The position numbers and the translations under genes were made by a program. This document shows, piece after piece, positions 40,976 through 49,249 of a stretch of DNA of 64,000 nt (its first letter is position 1; every line of letters starts with the position of its first letter). The notes below the pieces were generated by a model, which searched no databases, had not been told where the DNA came from, and worked only from the letters and a program-made list of their open reading frames with translations. The DNA comes from an uncultured Pseudomonadota bacterium (GTDB lineage: Bacteria; Pseudomonadota; Gammaproteobacteria; Steroidobacterales; Steroidobacteraceae). The stretch covers positions 252,157 to 316,156 of the forward strand of contig CAWATT010000003.1 of the NCBI GenBank assembly GCA_963785055.1. The letters run 5' to 3'.

Positions 40976-41397
40976 GAGCGAACTCCCGTGGACGTTGCAG
41001 CGCACGGCGCTGGACGCAGCGCGAACATCGATCGGTAGTTCCTGCTGTAGGCGAGGCACAGCAGCACATTGCAGAGCAGCACCGCATAGCCGAACAGCGC
41101 CGCACGCGAGCCCCATCCTTCGAGGGGTGCGTCCCAGTAGAACACGCAGAACGAGACGGGCATGCACACGAGCAGCGCGAGCGGCGCATAGAACCCGATC
41201 AGGACGCAGATTCCGGCAATCAGCTCCACGGCCTTGACGATGTCGAACAGGCCGCTGTCGATCAGGGCCGAGATCAGTTCCTGGCTGAGGGGCTGTGAGC
41301 CCATTGGCTGCGGGAATATGGGAACGAAGTGGTTCACGCCGGCGGGAATCATCCAGGATGCGAACAGGAGTCGTACAAACCAGATGGCGTACTTCAT
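40972..41397 (-). CDS. 4-TM membrane protein, DoxX-like (tandem paralog A)
   Basis: MKYAIWFVRLLFASWMIPAGVNHFVPIFPQPMGSQPLSQELISALIDSGLFDIVKAVELIAGICVLIGFYAPLALLVCMPVS, colinear with paralog B. Confidence 0.55.
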   Translation of the reverse strand: MKYAIWFVRLLFASWMIPAGVNHFVPIFPQPMGSQPLSQELISALIDSGLFDIVKAVELIAGICVLIGFYAPLALLVCMPVSFCVFYWDAPLEGWGSRAALFGYAVLLCNVLLCLAYSRNYRSMFALRPAPCAATSTGVRS

Positions 41398-41493
41398 GGA
41401 GCCCCCCGAGTGAGAATCGTTCTGTTCGGCCTGCGCTGAGTGGCCGTCTTTGTGGGGTAAAGCTTAGTCGCCGTGGGCGCAAATTGAAATCGT

Positions 41494-41516
41494 CGACAAA
41501 CATTACCCGTTTGTCG
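41494..41516. promoter_or_regulatory. 8-bp inverted repeat in a divergent intergenic region (possible operator)
   Basis: CGACAAAC-ATTACCC-GTTTGTCG, lying between the 41397 (minus) and 41579 (plus) start codons. Confidence 0.3.
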
Positions 41517-41578
41517 GTACGCGGCGTTACGCTAGCCGGAAGCCGTTATCTACATCATGACCGTTGGGGAAATTTCAG

Positions 41579-42067
41579 ATGCTCAAGGAAGTCCAGGGAG
41601 ACCTGCTGTTGTCGCGCGCCGCAGCCATTGCGCATGGCGTCGCGCCGAATGATCCGTTTTCACAGGGGCTGGCACTCGCGCTGCGGGAGCGCGCGCCATC
41701 GCTCTACAAGGACTTCCGCCACTACTGCCAGACGTACCATCCGAAGCCTGGCTCGTTGTGGACCTGGACAGGTCCAGATGGCGTGCGCGTCGTGAACCTG
41801 TTCACGCAGGAGGCCGTGGAAGGACATCATGGCGGCAAGCCGGGGCGCGCGACCGTCTCGAACGTTGCGCATTCGCTCAGGGCGCTTCGTCAACTGGCCG
41901 AGTCGGAGGGATTCCAGAGTCTCGCGCTGCCGCGGCTTGCGACGGGCGTCGGCGCGTTGCCCTGGGAGGAAGTCAGGCCCCTGATCAGCCAGCATCTGGA
42001 TGGGCTGGGCATTCCCGTCTACGTCTACTCCGTCTATCACGCCGGTGTGGCGGGGACTGAGTCATAA
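41579..42067 (+). CDS. macro-domain (ADP-ribose binding/hydrolase) protein
   Basis: MLKEVQGDLLLSRAAAIAHGVAPNDPFSQGLALALRE...VVNLFTQ...SLALPRLATGVGALPWEEV, a stand-alone macro domain of about 160 aa. Confidence 0.8.
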   Translation: MLKEVQGDLLLSRAAAIAHGVAPNDPFSQGLALALRERAPSLYKDFRHYCQTYHPKPGSLWTWTGPDGVRVVNLFTQEAVEGHHGGKPGRATVSNVAHSLRALRQLAESEGFQSLALPRLATGVGALPWEEVRPLISQHLDGLGIPVYVYSVYHAGVAGTES

Positions 42068-42087
42068 ACGCGGCGACGACTGACGAG

Positions 42088-42843
42088 TTGCCTTTTGCGG
42101 CGCCTTGTCGTCGGGTTGCCCCGTCCGCGCCGTTTCGCTGGCTCAGGCTCGGCTGGCGGGATCTGCGCGCGGCGCCCCTCCAGAGCCTGACTTATGGCCT
42201 CGCGATCACGCTGCTGAGTCTTGGCATCAGCTATCTTGCCTGGCGATTCGGCAGCGGCTGGATGGTGATCGTGATGCTGCCGCTGTTCGTGTTTGCGGCG
42301 CCGGTGCTGGCGCTGGGACTTTACGCCATCAGCGCGGAACTGGAACGGGGTGAAGAGCCATCGCTGCGGCGCTGCATGCTCGAGGAGCGCTGCCGGCTTG
42401 GCGATGCCCTGGTGTATTCACTCGTGCTGCTGGTGATCGGGCTGCTGTGGATGCGGGCGGGTTCTGGCGTGCAGGTGTTCCATCCGCAGAACGCTCAGGC
42501 CCCGTTCGGTGAAATGGCCCGTTTCCTTGCCATCGGCAGCGCCGTGGGAGCGGTATTCGCGCTGCTTGTGTTCGCCGCGAGTGCCTTTTCGCTGCCGATG
42601 CTGCTGGACCGGCGCGTCGATGGAATGACAGCCGTGGTGACGAGCGTCAATACAGTGCGACGGAACAAGCCCGCGATGCTGGTGTGGATCTGCCTGATCC
42701 TGGCTGCCGTGCTGATCGGCTTCGCCACGGCGTTCGTGGGGTTGATCATCCTGATGCCGCTGATCGGCCATGCCACCTGGCATGGCTACCGCGAGGCGGT
42801 CGATGCATCCGCGTGGCCGGCCAACGTGCCTGCAGCCGCCTGA
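42088..42843 (+). CDS. DUF2189-family integral membrane protein
   Basis: Intact ORF with a TTG start as given in the track. PFRWLRLGWRDLRAAPLQSLTYGLAITLLSLGISYL, five or six TM segments, and a C-terminal LIGHATWHGYREAV. Confidence 0.7.
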   Translation: MPFAAPCRRVAPSAPFRWLRLGWRDLRAAPLQSLTYGLAITLLSLGISYLAWRFGSGWMVIVMLPLFVFAAPVLALGLYAISAELERGEEPSLRRCMLEERCRLGDALVYSLVLLVIGLLWMRAGSGVQVFHPQNAQAPFGEMARFLAIGSAVGAVFALLVFAASAFSLPMLLDRRVDGMTAVVTSVNTVRRNKPAMLVWICLILAAVLIGFATAFVGLIILMPLIGHATWHGYREAVDASAWPANVPAAA

Positions 42844-42860
42844 GCGACTGCGGGCCTTGC

Positions 42861-44405
42861 TCAAGGCGCTGCCTTTCCTTTCTCCAGTTCCATCTTCGCC
42901 GCAGCGCGGCGCGCCCGCTGGTCCGTCAGCAGCCGATAGGCGATGTAGTACTTGTAGATGTTGCTGACGTAGGTCACCGTTTCGCGACCGATCTTCTGCG
43001 AGGCCACGCGCTCCACGTTTCCGAACCAGACGTTGGGATCCAGGCCCTGCCTCTGCGCTTCGCTCCGCAACTGCCGCAGCCGGCCAGGCCCGGCGTTGTA
43101 CGCCGCGAAGGTCATCAGGCCCTTGTTCAGGTCGTCCATCGGTTCGTCCTTGAAATACTGGTCCATCATGAACCGCATGTACTTCACGCCCGCGTGGATG
43201 TTGGCGTCGAGCACGGTGATGTCACCGACTTTCAGCTCCTTTCCGGTGGCGGGCATCACCTGCATGATGCCGATCGCACCCACGGGACTGCGCACGCCGT
43301 GATCCAGTGTCGACTCCTGGTAGCCCTGGGCAGCCATCAACAGGTAGTCCAGGTCGTACTGCTCGCCGTACTTCCTGAAGATATCGACTACCGCGGCCAG
43401 TTTCTGTCGTTCCGTCGCCGAGGCGGCCTGCTTTGCAAACTTTGTATCCTTCAGGTAGCGCCTTTCGAGGATATTGCGGAACGCATCCCCTTCGCCGTGT
43501 TCGCGTAGCCAACTGTCCGCCGCGTCCTTCAGTTGCGGATTGTCCTTGCGAAAGGCGAGCGCGAGGTTGCCACCGGTAGCCAGCGCAGCCGTCTGATGCA
43601 CCGTGATATCGGGGAGCAACTGGCTCCAGAACTGCGCCAGGTAATCGTCCACCACGGTGACCGGCACCAGCCCGGCATTGACCATCTCGAGGATGTCGTC
43701 GTCCTCGAGCACGGCGGGCAGATCGATGATCTCCATCGGCGCCTTGCCGCGCGCCCTGAACTGTTCGTTCAGCTTGTCGAGGTTCTCCCTGTAGACGCCG
43801 GTTCCGCGGACATACACCTCCTGTCCCGCAAGATCCTCGATCGAGGAAATCGGCGGTGCGCCGGGGCCCGTGACCACCACCTGGCTCACGTTCGTTCGCG
43901 TGGGCGTGGAGAAGGCGACGAGCTTTTCCAGTTCAGGCCTCACCGTCACCATGGCGGCCACCATGTCGATCGTGCCCCCTGAAAGCGCCGGGTATAGCTG
44001 TTCGCGGGTCATGGGCAGCAGCATCACATGCACTTTGAGGTTGCCGGTCTTCAGTCGCGCGTTGAGGTCTTTCTCGAAGGCCTTCACGGACTCGTAGGTG
44101 AGTCCGCGCTCCTGCCCTTCGGAAATGTAGTAGTGCGTGCGATTGTAGGTAACGCCGACGCGGATCAGGCGGCGCTCGATCATCGCGTCCAGATCACCCG
44201 TAAAAGGCTTGGCCAAGACAAGTCGCACGGGCTCGGGCAACGCATCGAAAGGGGAGGGGATTTCGGGTAGCGGCGAGTCCGCGGAAGTGGCGACTGGCGA
44301 GGCGGACGTCGCCGCAGTCTCCGGTTTCTTCGTGCAGCCGAGGAGGGCTGTCGCCAGCAGCGCAGCTGACCAGGCGAGAATCCTGCTCGACTTCAGAGTC
44401 ATCAT
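42861..44405 (-). CDS. mltF: membrane-bound lytic murein transglycosylase F
   Basis: Intact 514 aa with lipobox ALLGCT. There is an N-terminal family-3 solute-binding-like domain (LIRVGVTYNRTHYYISEGQERGLTYE) and a C-terminal SLT domain (QGYQESTLDHGVRSPVGAIGIMQVMPATG...AAYNAGPG). Confidence 0.9.
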   Translation of the reverse strand: MMTLKSSRILAWSAALLATALLGCTKKPETAATSASPVATSADSPLPEIPSPFDALPEPVRLVLAKPFTGDLDAMIERRLIRVGVTYNRTHYYISEGQERGLTYESVKAFEKDLNARLKTGNLKVHVMLLPMTREQLYPALSGGTIDMVAAMVTVRPELEKLVAFSTPTRTNVSQVVVTGPGAPPISSIEDLAGQEVYVRGTGVYRENLDKLNEQFRARGKAPMEIIDLPAVLEDDDILEMVNAGLVPVTVVDDYLAQFWSQLLPDITVHQTAALATGGNLALAFRKDNPQLKDAADSWLREHGEGDAFRNILERRYLKDTKFAKQAASATERQKLAAVVDIFRKYGEQYDLDYLLMAAQGYQESTLDHGVRSPVGAIGIMQVMPATGKELKVGDITVLDANIHAGVKYMRFMMDQYFKDEPMDDLNKGLMTFAAYNAGPGRLRQLRSEAQRQGLDPNVWFGNVERVASQKIGRETVTYVSNIYKYYIAYRLLTDQRARRAAAKMELEKGKAAP

Positions 44406-44427
44406 CGGCAGTGTGGCGTCAGCGACT

Positions 44428-44646
44428 TCATGTACCGGACTTCACGCCACACGTGTTCATGCCCAGCAGGCGATAGAGCGGGCACCAGCCGATCAGCCCG
44501 GTCGCCAGGGGAACGAGGCCGATCCATCCCCACTGGGCCTTCGGTCCGATGAAGACCAGGCTCAGAAGCCCCAGCCCGACGATGATCCGCAATGCCCTGT
44601 CGACCGTGCCTTCGTTCCTGAAACCTGCAGCCATGACCTTCTCCAT
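44428..44646 (-). CDS. DUF2892 (YgaP-like) small membrane protein
   Basis: NEGTVDRALRIIVGLGLLSLVF...LVPLATGLIGWCPLYRLLGMNTC. Confidence 0.7.
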   Translation of the reverse strand: MEKVMAAGFRNEGTVDRALRIIVGLGLLSLVFIGPKAQWGWIGLVPLATGLIGWCPLYRLLGMNTCGVKSGT

Positions 44647-44845
44647 CCTGAGGATGACAGTCCGAGTTTCCGCCGGGTTCCGTCGCTAATCAACAGCCTG
44701 TTGCCGCCTGACGCAACTGATTCGCAGTAGCGCCCGGCTACGCGCGGGCTGCAGGTATACAATTTCCGCAGGACGGACAACTTATCTCCACAGGGGCACC
44801 ATGCGCAGCAAGAACACCTGGCGGGTCAAGGTCGTGGCCAGCACC

Positions 44846-45307
44846 ATGCCAAAGCCCTTGATCCTTGTCGCGGATGGCGGAACGGCCCGCCTCTTTGGTG
44901 TCACCAGCACCGCAGGCAAGAAATCCCTGAAGGAAAAGGCGACCCTGGAGCGCGAATCGGCCCACAGTCCGGGCAGGGCGCTGGTCACTGATCGCACCGG
45001 ACGCGTGTTCGATTCGGGTGGCAGGACGGGCTCGGGCCCCCCTACACGTTCCCGGCACGGGGCAGAGAGCGATTTCGACCCCCACGAGGTCGAGGTGCTT
45101 CGTTTCGCCAAGCGCATCTCGCGCCGCATCGATCTGGAGCGTCGTGCCGGCAAGATCGGGGCACTGATCGTCATCGCGGAGCCGCGCTTCCTGGGTGTGC
45201 TGCGTCAGGTCTGGTCGGGTCCGACGAAGAAGATCGTCAGCCGGGAGGCCGCGAAGGATCTGGTGCGGGCTTCGGACGCCCAGATACTGAAGCTTGCGAT
45301 GCCGTGA
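44846..45307 (+). CDS. Host_attach-family (host attachment protein) protein
   Basis: MPKPLILVADGGTARLFGV...DRTGRVFDSGG...RHGAESDFDPHEVEVLRFAKRISRRID...LIVIAEPRFLGVLRQV...KDL, the typical Host_attach pattern. Confidence 0.8.
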   Translation: MPKPLILVADGGTARLFGVTSTAGKKSLKEKATLERESAHSPGRALVTDRTGRVFDSGGRTGSGPPTRSRHGAESDFDPHEVEVLRFAKRISRRIDLERRAGKIGALIVIAEPRFLGVLRQVWSGPTKKIVSREAAKDLVRASDAQILKLAMP

Positions 45308-45897
45308 TGAGGCCTCGCAGGGTCCTGATAATCGACGGTCACCCGGATGCCGGGGCGGAACGCTATATCCACGCCCTGGTCGCAGCCTATCGCGAAGGTG
45401 CGGAGTCTGCAGGGCACCAAGTGCGACTCGTGCACGTCGCATCCCTGGTCGTGCCTTCGCTGCGCAGCAATGCCGAGTTCCAGTCGGGCGAGCCGCCGCC
45501 AGCAGTGCGCGGGGTCCAGGCCGACCTGAAGTGGGCCGATCACCTCGTGCTGCTGTTTCCGCTGTGGCTCGGTGACATGCCGGGACAGCTCAAGGTGCTG
45601 CTTGAACAGGTGCTTCGTCCTGGCTTCGCGTTCGCCGCTGCACGCGGCAAGGGCTTTCCACGCAAGCTGCTCACCGGTCGCTCGGCGCGCGTCATTGTCA
45701 CGATGGGCATGCCCGCGTTCTTCTACCGCTGGTACTTCCGCGCCCACAGCGTGAAGAACCTCGAACGCAACATCCTGGGCTTCTGCGGGTTCGCGCCGGT
45801 GCGCACGACCATCGTCGGCATGGTCGAGGGCATCGGCGACGCGGGCCGCAAGGGCTGGATCGCCAAAGTCGAGGCGCTGGGAAGAGAGGCGCGCTGA
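45304..45897 (+). CDS. flavodoxin-fold NAD(P)H (quinone) oxidoreductase (Flavodoxin_2 / KefF-MdaB-like)
   Basis: [35 protein letters not shown]...[27 protein letters not shown]. The GTG at 45304 or the ATG at 45307 overlaps the upstream stop. Confidence 0.8.
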   Translation: MMRPRRVLIIDGHPDAGAERYIHALVAAYREGAESAGHQVRLVHVASLVVPSLRSNAEFQSGEPPPAVRGVQADLKWADHLVLLFPLWLGDMPGQLKVLLEQVLRPGFAFAAARGKGFPRKLLTGRSARVIVTMGMPAFFYRWYFRAHSVKNLERNILGFCGFAPVRTTIVGMVEGIGDAGRKGWIAKVEALGREAR

Positions 45898-47268
45898 TGG
45901 CCCTGCGACTGGGCTTCTACGGTGCAGCCGGCACGGTCACGGGTTCCCGCTACCTGCTGGAGACGGGGTCACGCCGCCTGCTCGTCGACTGCGGGCTGTT
46001 CCAGGGCTACAAGCAGCTGCGCCTGCGCAACTGGGCGACCCCGCCGATCGACGCCGCGAGCGTCGACGCGGTGATCCTCACTCACGCCCACATCGATCAC
46101 AGCGGCTACCTGCCGCGCCTGGCCGTCGAGGGGTTTCGCGGACCGATCTATTGCTCGAGCGGCACCATGGAACTCTGCCGCATGCTGCTTCCGGACAGTG
46201 GCAGGCTTGCAGGAGGAGGACGCTCGCTTCGCGAACCGGCACGGGTTCTCGAAGCATCACCCGGCACTGCCGCTATACACGCAGGACGACGCCGAGGCCG
46301 TGCTGCGTCAGTTCAAGCCGGTCAAGGCGCACACGCAGTTCAACCCGGTTCCGGGTGTCACCGCGGAGCTGCGCTATGCGGGCCACATTCTCGGCGCGAC
46401 CTTTGTGCGTGTGCTGGCGGAAGGCGTCTCGGTCACGTTCAGCGGCGATATCGGGCGACCGGACGATCCGGTGATGAACCCGGCCGAGGCTCCGGCTCCC
46501 ACCGACTACCTGGTCACGGAGTCCACGTATGGGGATCGCAGCCACCCGGTCATCGATGCCGAGGAAGAGCTGGGCCGATGGCTGAACAAGGCCTGTGCGC
46601 GCGGCGGCGTCACGGTAATTCCCGGCTTTGCCGTTGGTCGCGTGCAGGCGTTGCTGTGGCAGATCGCGCAGCTCAAGGAACGCAGGCAGATCCCGGATGT
46701 GCCGGTGTACGTCGACAGCCCGATGGCCACCGACGCCACGAAGCTGTACGAGCAGTTCCACCGGGCTCATCGGCTCGATGCCGGGCAGGCGCGGCGCATG
46801 GGCGCGGTCGCCCGCTTCATCAACAGCCCCGACGAATCGAAAGCCCTCGACGCGCAGAAGGGACCGATGATCATCATCTCGGCCGCGGGAATGGCGACCG
46901 GGGGCAGGGTGCTGCATCACCTGAAGGTGTTTGTTGGCGACGAACGCAACCTGGTGCTGTTTGCCGGTTTCCAGGCGCCAGGTACGCGCGGCGCCCTCAT
47001 GGTGGGAGGCGCCCGGTCCGTGCGAATCCACGGCCAGGAATTTCCGATCCGCGCCGAGGTGGCCCGGCTTGAGGCCTCCTCCGCGCATGCCGATGCCGAT
47101 GAACTGCTCGCGTGGATGCAGCAGCTTCCACAGCCGCCAAGGCATGTGTATGTGACGCACGGCGAACCCGGCGCGAGCGACGCGCTGCGCGCCCGGATCG
47201 ACCACGAGCTGCGATGGAACGCCAGCGTTCCCGAATACCGCGAAGTCGTGACGCTCGACCGGGCGTAA
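45897..47268 (+). CDS. beta-CASP metallo-beta-lactamase-fold nuclease (RNA-metabolising MBL), one frame change near 46200
   Basis: The ATG overlaps the upstream TGA (TGATG). Motifs are [49 protein letters not shown] and [16 protein letters not shown]. The body is in ORF 46198..47268. Confidence 0.88.
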
Positions 47269-47290
47269 GCCCGGGCAGGGCCGCTTCCGC

Positions 47291-48125
47291 ATGGCACCGG
47301 CAGGCCGTCGCCACAACGGTCATTCGGCGCCTGCTGCTGCTCACACTGGAAGAAGCGCGCGAGCAACCCGGATCAGGCAATCCCGACACGGATGCAATCC
47401 ATCAGCTGCGCCGAAGCATCAAGCGGGCTCGCGCGCTGATCCTGCTGTTGCGCGGCGCCGTGGCGCGTGGGGCCACCGATGCCATGGGCGAGGAGCTTGC
47501 GGACATAGCCCGCCCCTGGGGGGTTCTCAGGGATGCGCAGGTTTCCAGGCAGCTGCTGGCGGAACTACTTGGGCCTGCTGCCATCGGACCAACGCCACGG
47601 GGATCGACTGCGCCGCGCGTGCAACTCTGCAGGCGCACCCGGCGCCGGTTGGCAGATTGCCGTTCCGAGGTTGAGGGCTGGAGCGTCACGCCAGGGGACT
47701 GGGAGGTAGTCGGCAAAGCGCTCAGGCGAGCCTGGCGACGGGCGCAAAGCGTATTGCCGTCGGACATTGCCGGCGCGACACCCCAGGCTCTGCACCGCTG
47801 GCGACGCAGGGTGAAGGTGTTGCAGAACGAGCTGCTCGTGCTCACGCCGCTGCACGACGAGGCCGTGCTGCGCCTGCTGCGCGATCTGGATCGCCTTGGG
47901 GACCTGCTCGGTCGTGAGCATGATCTGGCCGTGCTCGCTGCAGGCTTCCGGCGCGGCGAAGTCCGGCCGGCACCGGCAGTATCGCGTCGGTCGCTGTTCT
48001 CGGCGATACGCAACGAGCGCCGCCTGCTGAGGGCTTCGATTGAGCAGCTCGGCGTACCGCTGTTTGCCCAGTCCGGACAGCATTTCGAGCGTCGCCTGCA
48101 CCGCCGGTGGCGCGACGCCCGTTAG
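47291..48125 (+). CDS. CHAD-domain protein, start region frame-shifted or uncertain
   Basis: ORF 47112..48125 carries AIHQLRRSIKRARALILLLRG...ALHRWRRRVKVLQNELLVL...LLRDLDRLGDLLGREHDLAVL, the repeated conserved-His helices of CHAD. The ATG at 47291 is in another frame. Confidence 0.7.
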
Positions 48126-49249
48126 GCAGTGAACTCCGGTCTCAGGCGCTGGATATATCCAGCCCCAGTCCCGGTCGACCGGCGAGTCCGTCTCACCGCC
48201 ATATCGATTACCCCGCCGGCACCGAACATCAGCGGTGGGTTGACCACATCATGCGTCAGCAGGTGTGTTCCAAAGGCTCCTTCCTGCGCGTAAACCACGC
48301 CGCCAGCAGCACTGACGACTGTCAGGGCGGCACGGGTCAGGACGCTCGTCTCGCCTGCGTGTGCGCCCACGATGACGCCGAGTCCGCGTGCCATCGCAGC
48401 CCGGACCAGGCGAAGCGATCGCAGCAGGCCGCCCATCTTCGATACGCGGCAATTCACAAGCCAGCGGTCCGGGTCTGATGGAATCCGGTTGAGCTGGCCG
48501 ACGCGCGAGATGCTCTCGTCGAGGATGATCCTGGTGCCGAGCGACTCGGCGACGGCCTGGAGACCCTCGAAATCTCCCGGCTGAAGCGGCTCCTCCACCG
48601 CGGAAAATCGAAACTGGAGCGACTCCATATCCCTCAGGCAGGCTTCATGGTTGCGCCAGATGTTGTTGGCATCAGCGCGCACGGCGTCTCCGCCAAGGCC
48701 GGACGCGAGAAGCACGCGGACCTTCGCCTCGTTCTCCATCCGGTCTGGAGAGAGCTTGATCTTGAAGGTGCGGAACCCCGCCTGCAGGAACCTTTCGAGC
48801 TGGGCAGCGAACTGCGCTGTTGATCCGTCCCCGAGGACTGCCGTGTACTGGAAGCGACCGGCGAGCTCGGGTACGTCCAGCAGGCTCTCCACCGGGCATC
48901 GCTGCCTCCTCCCCAGCATATCGAGCAGTGCAAGTTCGACGGCGGTCCAGGCGGCCGGGTAAACGTCGATCAGCGCCTCGTTGGCTTCAACCCATTTCCT
49001 GAGTGACTGAAGATCATGGATATCCGCGAGCCACTCCGCCCGATGCCGGTCGACGAACGCCAGCGACGTACCCAGGCTTTCCGCGGTCACATACTCCCGC
49101 GGACACCCCTCGCCGAACCCTGTCTCACCGCCTGCTGCGCGCGCCCGCACCCAGAGGGACTGGGTCGAATGGCGCTCCGCCGCGGCATGCTTGAATGCTT
49201 CCTTGAAGGGGATCGCGAGCTCCGATGCCTCGATGCTCTCGAGGATCAT
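48122..49249 (-). CDS. enolase-superfamily enzyme, MLE subgroup (N-acyl-amino-acid racemase / dipeptide epimerase / OSBS-like)
   Basis: Intact 375 aa with the KxK motif FRTFKIKL, metal ligands in VRADANN, AVEEPL and IILDES, and the second catalytic Lys in CRVSKMGG. Confidence 0.88.
   Translation of the reverse strand: MILESIEASELAIPFKEAFKHAAAERHSTQSLWVRARAAGGETGFGEGCPREYVTAESLGTSLAFVDRHRAEWLADIHDLQSLRKWVEANEALIDVYPAAWTAVELALLDMLGRRQRCPVESLLDVPELAGRFQYTAVLGDGSTAQFAAQLERFLQAGFRTFKIKLSPDRMENEAKVRVLLASGLGGDAVRADANNIWRNHEACLRDMESLQFRFSAVEEPLQPGDFEGLQAVAESLGTRIILDESISRVGQLNRIPSDPDRWLVNCRVSKMGGLLRSLRLVRAAMARGLGVIVGAHAGETSVLTRAALTVVSAAGGVVYAQEGAFGTHLLTHDVVNPPLMFGAGGVIDMAVRRTRRSTGTGAGYIQRLRPEFTA

Noticed and set aside
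48122-48125. Convergent genes whose 3-prime ends overlap: 40164-40167, 48122-48125, 36470-36480 and 61825-61854.
   Set aside because: This is common in compact high-GC genomes. It implies little beyond the absence of room for terminators, and there is no evidence of a functional antisense arrangement.
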